Below are positions 22,906 through 36,190 of a stretch of 64,000 bases of DNA, in pieces. The position numbers were made by a program, and so were the translations under genes. The stretch is taken from contig NC_090365.1 of the NCBI RefSeq assembly GCF_035084215.1, positions 8,308,001 through 8,372,000 on the forward strand. Reading direction: 5' to 3'. Each line of letters begins with the position of its first letter. Position 1 is the stretch's first letter. Origin of the DNA: Heptranchias perlo (Eukaryota). A model generated the notes under the pieces. The model was not told where the DNA came from and did not search any database. It saw only the letters and a program-made list of their open reading frames with translations.

Positions 22906-23439
22906 TTCTTTACTTCATTTCACCTCGTCAGCATATCCTTCTATTCCTTTCTTCCCTCATGTACTTATCTAGCGTCCCCTTAAATGCATCAATGGTAGTT
23001 GCTTCATGTGGTAGTGAGTTCCACATTCTAACCACTCTCTGGGTAAAGAAGTTTCTCCTGAATTCCCTATTGGATTTATTAGTGACTATCTTATATTTAT
23101 GGCCCCTAGTTTTGGTCTCCCCCACAAGTGGAAGCATCTTCTCTACGTTGAACCCCTTCATAATCTTAAAAGACTGCATCAGGTCACCCCTCTAGAGAAA
23201 AGAGCCCCAGCCCGATAGTTATAACCTCTCAATTCTGGTGTCATCCTTGCAAAATCTTTTTTGCACCTTCTCCAGGTTTGGGGAGGGAAGTCGGATGGGT
23301 GGTGGCCCCATTCACCACAGATCAGCCAGGATCTGTTTGAGGGGCTGAATGGCCTCCCTCTTGCTCCAATGCCCCAGGGCTGCCCTGTCACTCACTCCGG
23401 ATGATTGACAGGGTCTGCAAGCTCTCCTGTTAAAGGCGC

Positions 23440-23794
23440 CTGTTCCCTGCTCAGTCGCGGGGTTGGTTTCTTAACCTCGCCCCACCCCCCCCCACTGAAC
23501 CCGCGCCTTTAATTCCCATTAAATTCGGTCGGCTAAAAAAAAGAAACGGGCACGCGTCACCGCGGCTGCGCAGGCGCCGCGTCGCGAGCCGACCACAACG
23601 CCGTCCCGCCCAATGGCAGCGATTCGGCCTGACCCTACGTGACGTCATCACGTCGCCGAGCGCGTTCACTGATTGGCGGCGGGAGTTGTCCATCAGCCTG
23701 CCGTCAGGCTGCATTGCGCAGGCGCCGCCCTTTCTCCGGCGGTTGGGGCCCGAGCGCGAGCGTCCGGACAGTGAAGCTCAGCCAAGTCCCCGCC
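23440..23794 (+). promoter_or_regulatory. YIF1B CpG-island promoter
   Basis: CpG-rich; CCAAT 23610, perfect CRE TGACGTCA 23640-23647, ATTGG 23672, NRF1-like TGCGCAGGCGC twice. Confidence 0.75.
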
Positions 23795-26700
23795 ATGGAT
23801 TACAGCGGGTCGGCCGGCTTTAGACAGCGTAAGTTACGTACGTGGCCTAATTTTAATGGGTTGTCCATGCGGCGGCAGAGGCAGCTGTGAAATTTCTTCC
23901 TCGTCGACAAATGGCAGCCGGAAAGGGGGCGCAGCATCTTCCCCCGGGGACAACCCCGCCCCCCCGACTGAGGGGGGGGAATGAGATATCCCAGGGACAA
24001 CCCCCCAGACTGAAGGGGGGAATGAGATATCCCAGGGACAAACCCCAGACTGAAGGGGGGAATGAGATATCCCAGGGACAAACCCCAGACTGAAGGGGGG
24101 AATGAGATATCCCAGGGACAAACCCCCCCCCCCCGACTGAGGGGGGGAATGAGATATCCCAGGGACACCCCCCCCCCCCGACTGAGGGGGGAATGAGATA
24201 TCCCAGGGACAAACCCCCCCCCCCCCCCGACTGAGGGGGGAATGAGATATCCCAGGGACAACCCCCCCCCCCAACTGAGGGGGAATGAGATATCCCAGGG
24301 ACAACCCCACCCCCCGACTGAGGGGGGAAATGAGATATCCCAGGGACAACCCCACCCCCCGACTGAGGGGGGAAATGAGATATCCCAGGGACAACCCCAC
24401 CGACTGAGGGGGGAATGAGATATCCCAGGGACAACCCCCCCGACTGAGGGGGGAATGAGATATCCCAGAGACACCCCCCCCCCCCACCCCGACTGAGAGG
24501 GAATGAGATATCCCAGGGACACCCCCCCCCCCCATCTCCCGTACTGAGGGGGGAATGAGATATCCCAGGGACAACCCCCCCCCCCGACTGAGGGGGGAAT
24601 GAGATATCCCAGGGACAACCCCACCGACTGAGGGGGGAATGAGATATCCCAGGGACAACCCCACCGACTGAGGGGGGAATGAGATATCCCAGGGACAACC
24701 CCCCCCCCCCGACTGAGGGGGGAATGAGATATCCCAGGGACAACCCCACCGACTGAGGGGGGAATGAGATATCCCAGGGACAACCCCCCCCCCCCGACTG
24801 AGGGGGGAATGAGATATCCCAGGGACAACCCCACCGACTGAGGGGGGAATGAGATATCCCAGAGACACCCCCCTCCTCCCCCCCCCACCCCGACTGAGGG
24901 GGAATGAGATATCCCAGGGACCCCCCCATCTCCCGTACTGAGGGGGGAATGAGATATCCCAGACACCCTCCCCACTCCCCCCCGATTGAGGGGGGAATGA
25001 GATGTGCCAGAAATCCATCTCTTAAACTGAGAAAGCCCCAATCACCCTGTGAGGAGAGAATAGATTACCCCAGGAATTCCCCCAATGTCAGAGGAGAAGT
25101 GACTTACCACAAGGGAAAGTGGGAGCCTCGGGTACAGGCCAGTGCCCCTTATTCTGAGCCGTGTCCCTGAGGCAAATCACTGTCCCTCGGTTCTTGGGGA
25201 ACTAATGATCTTCCTTTCTGGCCCTTTACCCTGCTAAGGCTTGTCCCCAAACTTCAGGGGCGGCTGCAGGTCGGATGTTCATATCTCATGCCCCCGCCCC
25301 AGGTTAAAGTTTGTCTTAACTGAAGTTGAATAATGTTGATAGCTGTCAGCCTTGGCTCAGTGGTATCACTTTCCCCTCTGAGTCGGAAGACCATGGGTTC
25401 AAGTTCCATTCCAGAGACAAACACAAAATCTAGGCTATCACTCCAGTGCAGTACTGAGGGAGCGCTGCACTGTCAGAGGTACCGTCTTTTGGATGAGATG
25501 TTAAATTGCCCATTCGGGTATAAAAGATCCCATGGCGCTATTCAAAGGGAAGGGGTGTTCTGGTGTCCTGGCCAACCAATATCATTATAACAGATTATCT
25601 GATCATTATCTCATTGCTGTTTGTGGGAGCTTGCTGTGTGCAAATTGGCTGCCGCTTTGCCTACATAACTACAGTGACTACACTTCAAAAGTACTCAATT
25701 GGCTGTAAAGCACCTGGGACGTATTTATTGCATATAGAAATAAATGCAAGTCTTTATTTCTATATAAACAAGCCAATGGAAATTGGTAACACTGCAATAC
25801 CGCCATGGAGTTCAAATTCATAAGCTGGTCTCTTGTGGAGTCAGACAGAAAATTATATGAATTTGAGATGTTTAACTGCTATGACGGGGATTTCAGTAAA
25901 GTGCAATGGCTAGTGTGTGAAACTGTCGGGAGTCCAGTGATGCTCAGACAGTTGAATGCCTTGCTGAAACTTGCTTCCTGGGCGCTCACACATGAAGGAT
26001 GGCTGGCCATCTGCTGTGCATTTCCAGCATTTTCCCCTTATTTCTGATTTTTAATTTATTTTTACGGACCATGCTCATGAAATGTATTGATGGGGAGGAG
26101 CAGCACTCACGTAATCTTGGAATATTTTTTAGCCCGAGTGACATAGTCTGTCAGCATGGGGTTTTTCTGTTGGCTTGAAGAGATAAGGAGCTCCCTGTGA
26201 TATTCCATTGTCTTTCTGGTGCATATCCCAGTGGTAAAAGGGTTCCTTTGATCACCTGTTGGTCTGATATCCCAACCATCTAGAAAGAAAGTGATTCCAT
26301 TTATACAGCACCTTTCACATCCTTGTGTCCCAAAGTGCTTCACAGCCAATGAATTACTTTTTGAAATGCAGTCACTATTGTTGACAAACACATCAGCCAA
26401 TTAGTACACAGCACGGTCCACAAACAGTAAATTAGATGAATGATTAGTTGACTAGCAATGAGAGAAATATCCACGTAATCTGTTTCTTTGATATTGGTTG
26501 AGGGATAAATGTTGGCCAGGACACTGGGCGAACTCCCCTGCTCTTCTTTGGATAGTGCCATGGGACCTTTTACGCCCACCTGGGAGGGCAGATGGGGCCT
26601 CGGTTTAACATCTCATCCGAAAGATGGCACCTCTGATAGTGCAGCACTCCCTCAGTACTGCACTAGGAATGTCCGCCTGGATTATGTGGCCAAGTCTCTG

Positions 26701-29700
26701 GAGTGGGACTCATGATATAATATAAATACCCACAACCTCCTGAATCAGAGGGGAGAGTCCTCTCCGCTTCTGCCCTCTTGCTGTCTTGGCAACCAGTGGA
26801 AACAAATTTAACACTACTATTTCTAATAATTCTTCATAACCTTTTCAGCTGTAGTGAAAAAGTCCTAATTTCTCAAGTTTCACATTTTTGCCCCAGGACC
26901 GGTCCCAATGCCCAAGGAATCTGAGCCTTCCCCATGCACCATGCTGTTCTGGCTGGTTCGGGTCTGGCTAGTGCATGGCAATCATAGTAATCTTGACATT
27001 ACTACCTTTTCAGGTTGTGTGTCTTAACTTAACTCTTGGAACTCTTTGCAGGAGTTGAAAATTATTCCCTATGTTGTTGACTTCAAACTACAACTTCCAG
27101 ATGTGCATCCCTCTTCCCCACTGGAGCTTCTGCACCTAGTTAGTTATCTCCCTTCCCTACACCTCTTTTCTGGGGGGAAAAAAAGGCTGAGGGGTGACCT
27201 AATAGAGGTCTTTAAAATTATGAAGGGATTTGATAAGGTCGACATAGAGAAGATGCTTCCACTTGTGGGGGAGACCAAAACTAGAGGCCATAAATATCAG
27301 ATAACCATCAATAAATCCAATAGGTAATTCAGGAGAAACCTCCTTACCCAGAGAGTGGTGAGAATGTGGAACTTGCAACCACATGGAGTAGTTGAGGTGA
27401 ATAGCATAGATGCATTTAAGGGGAAGCTAGATAAACACATGAAGGAGAAAGGAATAGAAGGGTATGCTGATGGGGTTAGATGAAGAGGGGAGGGAGGAGG
27501 CTCGTGTGGAGCATAAATGCTGGGATAGACCAATTGGGCCGAATGGCCTGTTTCTGTGCTGCAGTCTCTGTAACTGTGACCTAGGAGGCAACACACCATT
27601 CAGGACTCTGACTGTGTCTCCCCCTCTTTATTGAATCTCCCACTAGCCTGCACTTTCCTAGGGCAGCTCTTTTTTTCATGGTACTGTGACATTTCTCATG
27701 CTTGCCCTCCCCTGAGACATCAACCTTGGAACAAGTACTCAGCATTGAAAACCTATTTACCAACGCAGTGCCCTCAGGGGACCCCTGCACATCCTTCGCA
27801 CTCCTCCCTCCTCGATGGATTCACACCCACTTCCAGTCCTCAATCGCTCTTGTTTGCCTGTGAGAAGAAGTGTTCCAGAAACCCAGATCGTAACTATCTA
27901 TAGAACATACAATGATTCTAACCAAATTCAATATTAAAAAAATCCAACTACATATAATACTATGGCTCGCCCCAATTTAGGAGCAAACTCCCAGTGTAAT
28001 CTCTCCTCTTGCTGACTTACTGCACACTTATGCACACTCAAGTCAAAACAATTCCTTTAGTTCAGCTAATGTTGTTTGTTTTGCCATGGAATTGGCGGTG
28101 GGGGGGATGGAAACTGATCAATGTCAGTGTTATACACACGTTTTGGGCGTTTTCTGAAATTCATCCCAGCTTCTGAGTTTCTGGTGGGGGAGGCGGGGCA
28201 AGAAATTTACCGCGCTGCCTGTGACCGAGTGTGAACCCATCTACAAACATTACACCTTATTTATTACGCGTGAGAGGCTGCGGAGGAATTGAACTTGGTC
28301 CCGAGTGTTAAAACACACAGCCAGGTTACAACGGCCAGCTTATTCTTTTACTCTCAATTCCAGCTGCCAAGGTGAGAACGAGGGGGCCGATGCATAACGT
28401 GGGAGACCCCAGCCACCTCTTTGAAGATACCAGCGGGAATATGGAAGCTCCGATGTCGGGACACGGATACGAGGGCACTGCTGGCTTTGGCCTCACCAGA
28501 CAGGGTATCCTCAGCGACCCCATGATGTCTAACCTGGCAATGGCTTATGGGAGCAGTTTGGCGAGTCAGGGGAAGAACATCGTTGACAAAAATGTAAGAG
28601 TGGGGCGGCGGTGGGGGGGGGGGGGGTTGGAATTAGCCATTCTCCGCACAGCACAGGGGTCTGTCCCTTTACCGATTTGTTCCTGGACCGCACGTGCTCA
28701 GCTCACGAAAACATCACGTGATCTGTGCCGGTGCTGATACCTGACCTTATCGGCCGGCTCCACGCCTGCGTGTGGGTTTGTTTATCCCCAGCGTCAGCCA
28801 ATAGTTGGTCGTTCCTTCTCTCGTTCACTTCTTCAGTTCGTGGAGCTGCTTACAACAATAACAACTTGCATTTATATAGCGCCTTAAACGTCCCAAGGTG
28901 CTTCACAGGAGCGATTATCAAACAAAATTTGACACAAAATTTCTTCACTCAAGTGGGTTGTGAATCTTTGGAATTCTCAACTCCAAAGGGCTGTGGATGT
29001 TCAGTCGTTTGAGTATATTCAAGGCTGAGATAGATAGATTTTTGGACCCTAGGGGAATCAATGGACATGGGGATTGGGCGAGAAAGTGGAGTTGAGGTTG
29101 AAGATCAGCCATGATCGTATCGAGTGGCGGAGCAGGCTCAAGGGGCCGCATGGCCTACTCCTGCTCCTATTTCTTATGTTCTTATGTTCACCGAGCCACA
29201 TAAAAACAAAATGGGACAGATAACCAAAAGCTTGGTCAAAGAGGTAGGTTTTAAGGAGCGTCTTAAAGGAGGTTAGAGAGGTTTCGGGAGGGAATTCCAG
29301 AGCTTAGGGTCTAAACAGCTGAAGGCACGGCCGCTAATGGTGGAGCGATCGGAATCAGGGATGCACAAGAGACCAGAAATGGAGGAGCATAGAGATCGCA
29401 GAGGGTTGTCGGGCTGGATGAGGGGACAGAGATAGGGAGGGGCGAGGCCATGGAGGGATTTGAAAACAGAGGAGAATTTTAAAATCGAGGTGTTGCCAGT
29501 TCGGGAGCCAATGTAGATCAGCGAGCACAGGGGTGATAGGTGAACAGGACTTGGTGCGAGTTAGAATACGGGCAGCAGAGCTCAAGTTTACAGAGAGTGC
29601 AAGGTGAGAGGCTGGCTAAGAGAGCATTGGAATAGTCGAGTCTAGAGGTAACAAAAGCAGGGATGAGGGTTTCAGCAGCAGATGAGCTGAGGCAGGGGTG

Positions 29701-32700
29701 GAGACGTGCGGTGTTATGGTGGCGGGAGCAGCCTGTCTTGGAGATGGAGAGGATATGTGGTCGTAAGCTCTGCTCAGGGACAAATCGGACGCCAAGGTTG
29801 GCCAGGGAGAGGGATGGAGTCGTTGGCCTAGGGAACTGAGTTTGTCGCGGGGACTGAAGACAATGGCTTCAGTCTTCCCAATATTTAATTGGAGGAAATT
29901 TCTGCTCATCCAATAATGTATGTCAGACTAGCAGCATGACAAATCAGAGGCAGTGAAGGGGTTGAGAGAGGTGATGATGAGGTAGAGCTGGGTATCATCA
30001 GCGTGCATATGGAATCTGACTCTCTGATTTCGGATGATATCACCAAGGGGCAGCATGTAGATGAGGAATAGGAGGCCACGGATGGATCCTTGATCAGGGA
30101 AGACACTTACATCTGTGAGAATGGCCAGTGCCAAACCCCCACTCCCGCCGTACCTTGCCAATTCTCACTGACGTAATGGTCTCATCGACACTGAGAGCAA
30201 GGTCTGGGGGGACGATATCAGTAGTTCTTTATCTCTGCTGTCCCACAGGAGAGCTATGTCTGATGCCTTCAGTCCTGGATCCTCCATTCTCTATCCCTTT
30301 GGTGTCCTGACTCAGAAATCTTCAGGCCCAGGCTCCTGATCAAGGAATGTGGAGACTAATTTTAGCATGGCAATATGTTCCATTCCTCAGCAGCAGCATC
30401 GGATACCTTGACTAAAATGTTTTAACGCACTTACCATTAATTCTGCATTTTTGCTTCTTAACCTGCCGTCCTCCAGTAAGGTCGTGATATTCATATAGAG
30501 GAGAGCGATTGAACCTTTTCCCTTGACTCCTGCAGATTGATCGATTTATTCCAGTGAGCAGACTGAAATATTACTTTGCTGTGGACACTGTTTATGTCGG
30601 AAAGAAGCTGGGACTTCTCGTCTTTCCCTACATGCACCAGGTAAGGGGATGTGTCCTTTCACTGGGGTTTCAGCTTAAAAGGCATTAACCACAAAGATTA
30701 AACTACGGTTAAGTGCATTGTGCGGCAGCCTTGAAACTCGCTGGATCTTCTGTGGGGGGGTCCAGGGACTCGCAAGTCGTCTTTGAGTTGTTGGGGGAGG
30801 GGAGCAATGTTACACTTGTCAGCCAGCAGCCTGTGCGAGACACGCTGAGAGCAGGTTTATCGGCCTGATCGGTTTTCAAATGCAGACCTGCAGTTTAATT
30901 CATGATGATCCCTGGGGAGGTGTTTTCTGCTGATTGGGGGCACTTGTGCCCCTTTTATGTTGCGGAATCGCTTCATTAAATGAGGTTTCCAATAGCAAGA
31001 AACCATTTAACTTGGTTTGGGGTGCTTTGTACCTGGAGGCAGGAAATGAAATCACTCCTGGAGGTTTGTGCATTGCCCCACTTTATATCCCAGCACTGTC
31101 TCTCTGTTGTAAGTGGATGCTGCTTTGTAACATGAGTGATGAGGGGGATACTGTTACATAGCTGGAGTACAGAGAGGCACAGAGAGAGGGGTGGATAGAC
31201 ACCTAAGGAGGGAGAATTGAGCCTGACCACTGTTATGAGAGGATAGGCATGCAAACGTTCCTTGGTGCCTCCAAAGGTGATCTGTTTCACTCGGAGTGTC
31301 CAAGTCCCATTCACCCATCACCCCTGTGCTCACTGACCTATGTTGGCTCCTGGTCTGGCAACGCCTCAATTTTAAAATTCTCGTCCTTGTTTTCAAATCC
31401 CTCCCTATCTCTGTAACCTCCTCCAGCCTCCCAACCCTCCGAGATCTCTGCGCTCCTCCAATTCTGGCCTCTTGCGCATCCCTGATTTTAAATCACTCCA
31501 CCATTGGCGGCCGTGCCTTCAGCTGCCTAGGCCCTAAACTCTGGAATTCTCTCCCTAAATGTCTCTAACCTCCTTTAAGAAGCTCCTTAAAACCTACCTC
31601 TTTGGGCAAGCTTTTGGTCACCTGTCCTAATATCTCCTTATGTGGCACTGTGTAAAATTTTGTTTGATAACACACCTTGGGACTTTAAAGGTGCTATATA
31701 AATGTAGTTGTTCATGTTTATCAAGGGAATTTTTTTGGTGTTTGCTCTTGGCACCGGCAAGGCACTATTCATTGCTCATACCTAGTTACCATGAGAGCAT
31801 TAAGTCAATCAGATAGTGCGGGACTGGAGTCACGTATAGGACAGACAGGTTGAGGGATGAGGCAGTTTCCCTCACCTGCAGAGCATTAGTGAAAAAGAGT
31901 TGGAGCAGAGAGGTACAGAGACAGCGAGAGGCAAACAGAGAGTGAGCATAGGAGAAAAAGGGCCAGAGAGGGGACAACATTCCGAAGCGGACAGTTACAG
32001 GGGGAAGAGTGAGGGGGCAGGCAATTTTTTAAAAAAATCTTGAGAAATGCCGTGGGAGATCAGCTGGATCTTATTCGACTGTTTTGGTTTGCAGCTCGTG
32101 TTAGCTGTGCACTGATCGATGTCTAACCTATTGATTAACCTCTGTGTTGATAGAATTGGGAGGTACGATACCAGCAGGACACCCCTGTGGCGCCTCGGGT
32201 TGAAGTGAATGCTCCTGACTTGTATATTCCAGGTAAGTGTTGGTGCTATGTGATCAGCATTATCCATAATCGGAACCAGGCTCATGAAGTGTTTTGGGGG
32301 GGTTGCCTGAAACACAATAGTCATCATCATAAGAGGTTCAATATACGTCTAACAGTGATGCACGCTCCTACTACTGCAGGGTGAATTTATCCATACTCTT
32401 CAACGAGAGTGAATGTGTAATCATGTCCTGGTTATAGAGCGGTTTCACACTTCCTGAGCAATATGGGTAAGCTCTGCCGTCATCTGTGTGAAACTGGTTT
32501 TGTGTTGACCTGTAGAGTTAGTAACCTCGTCAGCACCCGGAGAACGATTTCCTGAGGTCTGCGAATTTGTAAACGTGTCTTTGGGTTACAACTCCTCGTG
32601 CACTGGCCGCCCTCAGATATCTCTCGTCAAGTGGCCACTCTCCGTGCCGGAGCCTGCGAGTGCCAGCGGGTTATTTGACCATGCAGGGCATCGCAGCCGA

Positions 32701-35700
32701 GCCCGACATCTACACATGCAGTTTCCCACAGGGACTATGGACAGCAATCAGGAGCAGGATCCCTGGCTGCTTCCTTCCCTCACACTGAATTGTAACATTT
32801 CTATCCACTAACTTGCCATGAACCAGGAATGCTACGTGGCTCCTTCTTGATCTGTACGGCTCGGTCCCACACATGGCCATGCATTTACCCGCTGAGCCAC
32901 CGTGAGAGGCAGATACAGAAATTAAGTGCAAGTCAGGTGATGTATTTGAATGTGTGGTTACATGTTTCTCTTGATAGGTTTAGATAAATGTGCCTGCATG
33001 TGATTACTGCACTGTGAAAGATGGTCATTAAATGTTCTCGGTGAATTTGTAGTAATAACGACGCAGGCTGGTTTGGTGGGCTGCCGTGTCTCTGTTCACT
33101 GTCCGCACCGTGTCTTACGGCCGTTTCTCTCTCTTTCCAGCGATGGCGTTCATCACGTATTTACTGGTGGCTGGGTTTGCCCTTGGAACTCAGAGCAGGT
33201 GAGAATTCTCTTGTCCCAACAGTCGCACGATCACTCAGTGCTTCCCTGCTCTCCGCTCTAATCTCTATTCAGACATTGTTGAGCATGTTTAAGTGGGACA
33301 GCCTGTGAGAGCCAGCATCATTCATGTTTATTTTTGTGAATTTTATGCTTGAGCTAAGGGACGTTAGCATTAAGAAAGGAAGAACTTGCATTTATACAGC
33401 ACCTTTCACAATCTCAGGACATCCCAAAACGTTTTACAGACAATGAAGTACTTTTGAAGTGAAGTCACTATTATAATGTAGGAAACGCGGCAGCCAATTT
33501 AGGCACAGCAAGGTCCCAAAAACAGCAGATAATGATCAGATAATCTGTTTTAGTGATGTTGGTTGAGGGATAAATACAGGTCAGGACACGGGGACAACTC
33601 ACCTGCTCTTCTTCGAAATAGTGTCATGGGATCTTTTACACCCACCTGAGATTCTTGGTTTATCATCTCATTTGAAAGACGGCACCTCCGACAGTGCAGT
33701 ACTCCCTGGGTACTTCTGACTCGAGGTGAGAGTGCTACCACTGAGCTGATGAACATTTTCCCGTTTCAGGCATCAGGCGTCAGCATCAAGCACTCCTTGT
33801 ACTTGGAAATCTTCATTTGTGTTCATTTTTTTTCTCCTTCTCCCCACCACCTCCCGTCCCCCCACCATACCACCCAAACAGTGCACCATTCCAAAGCCTA
33901 GGACAGACCTGTTACAGCCTAATGCTGCTCTCCTGGCTGTTGGGAAGTAAATAAGAGAATTCAGGAATGATTTACCTTTCTGTAGATAAGTCGCTCTCTC
34001 ATGGGTTGGCTGGGATTGGATATACGTGGGGAGCCGAGAGTGTAGACCTGCATTATGTCAGTGCAGGATAAAGTGTGTCGATCACCAGTCCGTTATCCTG
34101 CCGCAGTATCCAGACAGATCCTTGCCCACACCCAGCATTTACTAACGTCACTTCTTCTCTTCCTATAGGTTCTCTCCTGAGATGTTGGGGATGCAGGCCA
34201 GCACTGCATTAATCTGGCTGGTTATTGAGGTGCTCGCTATCCTGCTCAGCCTCTACCTCGTCACGGTGAATACAGACCTAACCACCATCGACCTCGTTGC
34301 CTTTGCTGGGTACAAGTATGTCGGGTGGGTTTGTGAACAATGGCGTCGGGCCGGTCTGTGGGTGTCGGGCGGAGTCGGGCCGGTCTGTGGGTGTCGGGCG
34401 GAGTCGGGCCGGTCTGTGGGTGTCGGGCGGAGTCGGGCCGGTCTGTGGGTGTCGGGCGGAGTCGGGCCGGTCTGTGGGTGTCGGGCGGAGTCGGGCCGGT
34501 CTGTGGGTGTCGGGCGGAGTCGGGCCGGTCTGTGGGTGTCGGGCGGAGTCGGGCCGGTCTGTGGGTGTCGGGCGGAGTCGGGCCGGTCTGTGGGTGTCGG
34601 GCGGAGTCGGGCCGGTCTGTGGGTGTCGGGCGGAGTCGGGCCGGTCTGTGGGTGTCGGGCGGAGTCGGGCCGGTCTGTGGGTGTCGGGCGGAGTCGGGCC
34701 GGTCTGTGGGTGTCGGGCGGAGTCGGGCCGGTCTGTGGGTGTCGGGCGGAGTCGGGCCGGTCTGTGGGCGTCGGGCGGAGTCGGGCCGGTCTGTGGGCGT
34801 CGGGCGGAGTCGGGCCGGTCTGTGGGCGTCGGGCGGAGTCGGGCCGGTCTGTGGGCGTCGGGCGGAGTCGGGCCGGTCTGTGGGCGTCGGGCGGAGTCAG
34901 GCCGGGTCTGTGGGCGTCGGGCGGAGTCGGCCGGGTCTGTGGGCGTCGGGCGGGTCTGTGGGCAAGGCCAGAGTCGGGCCGGTCTGTGGGCATCAGCCGG
35001 TGTTATGGATGCTGATGTCATCAGTTCAGAGGGTCTGTAGTCATGTGTAAAATGACTGATTTCTTTCCCACAGGATGATCACTGGAGTCGTGTCTGGGCT
35101 GATATTCGGGAGAACAGGATATTATGTTGCTTTGGGATGGTGCTGCATTTCAATAGTGGTGTTCATGGTGGGTTTAATTATTTAACTTTTTCTCCTTTCA
35201 TTTTACAACCAGTTAACATTTACCTTTCTCAGGAAAGAAATCCCCTTTTCTCCCCCCACCTGCCTCTCCCTGGGGCGCGGCGGCGAGGCGCTGGCTCTCC
35301 CTGGGGCGCGGCGGCGAGGCGCTGGCTCTCCCTGGGGCGCGGCGGCGAGGCGCTGGCTCTCCCTGGGGCGCGGCGGCGAGGCGCTGGCTCTCCCTGGGGC
35401 GCGGCGGCGAGGCGCTGGCTCTCCCTGGGGCGCGGCGGCGAGGCGCTGGCTCTCCCTGGGGCGCGGCGGCGAGGCGCTGGCTCTCCCTGGGGCGCGGCGG
35501 CGAGGCGCTGGCTCTCCCTGGGGCGCGGCGGCGAGGCGCTGGCTCTCCCTGGGGCGCGGCGGCGAGGCGCTGGCTCTCCCTGGGGCGCGGCGGCGAGGCG
35601 CTGGCTCTCCCTGGGGCGCGGCGGCGAGGCGCTGGCTCTCCCTGGGGCGCGGCGGCGAGGCGCTGGCTCTCCCTGGGGCGCGGCGCCCATGTTGTGGCTG

Positions 35701-36190
35701 TCTTCTGCCAAGTGGCCATTTGTCATGTGTGAGTTAAGACAGTGAGTATGCAGGATATGCGACCATGAGGGTGCCAAAGTTGCACTGACCCTGTTCTTGT
35801 CTGATATCCATGTGTTCACTTTCCTGCAGCAGGAATCCTGGCCGAGTTCCTCTCCCTGGCCCAGGGGCACTGAGGCCATCTATACTGCTGCCCTGGCTGA
35901 GATCAGCTAACTTGGCACTGAGCAGCAATAAAGCCGGGACCATCCTGATCAGTACAGCTCAGTATCACCCGGACAGTGCGTTTACCCATGGTGCCATCCC
36001 ACAATTCTCTCAACTTTTAATGAATGTTTTTCAGATTCGAACGTTGAGACTGAAGATTCTGTCAGAAGCTGCAGCTGAAGGGGTTCTGGTGCGGGGCACA
36101 AGAAATCAGCTGCGGATGTACCTGACTATGGCCATTGCCGCAGTGCAGCCATTCTTCATGTACTGGCTCACGTTTCACTTGGTCAGATAG
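23795..36190 (+). CDS. YIF1B: YIF1B (Yip1-interacting factor homolog B), join(23795..23828,28364..28593,30536..30640,32154..32232,33141..33198,34169..34324,35074..35167,36035..36190), 303 aa
   Basis: Kozak gccATGG. All introns GT-AG and phases join (912 nt). Peptides [69 protein letters not shown] and [29 protein letters not shown] fit YIF1B rather than YIF1A. AATAAA at 36865. Confidence 0.95.
23945..25005. repeat. ~40-50 bp minisatellite in YIF1B intron 1
   Basis: gactgaggggggaatgagatatcccagggacaa(c)n, roughly 24 units with variable C tracts. Confidence 0.95.
26290..26712 (-). mobile_element. Deu-domain SINE copy
   Basis: Reverse complement of the same core. Confidence 0.75.
29190..30080 (-). 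mobile_element. L2-like LINE 3' fragment
   Basis: [13 protein letters not shown]...[36 protein letters not shown]. Other copies at ~2152-2700(+), 17158-18035(+), 31297-31705(+), 42213-42850(-). Confidence 0.85.
34345..34990. repeat. 29-bp CpG-rich minisatellite in YIF1B intron 6, ~22 units
   Basis: gggccggtctgtgggtgtcgggcggagtc units. Confidence 0.95.
35264..35686. repeat. 31-bp CpG-rich minisatellite in YIF1B intron 7, ~13.5 identical units
   Basis: ctccctggggcgcggcggcgaggcgctggct units. Confidence 0.95.

Noticed and set aside
23800-25041. Gly/Pro-rich minus-strand ORFs
   Set aside because: Translations of the YIF1B intron-1 minisatellite.
27581-27900. Small minus-strand ORF as a host exon
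   Set aside because: NRFSML...VGDSIKRG is a decayed CR1 ORF1 remnant (compare 3245-4192).
34325-35879. Six-frame Arg/Gly-rich ORFs, including the extension of YIF1B exon 6
   Set aside because: GC-rich minisatellites lack stop codons; YIF1B homology ends at the donor at 34324.
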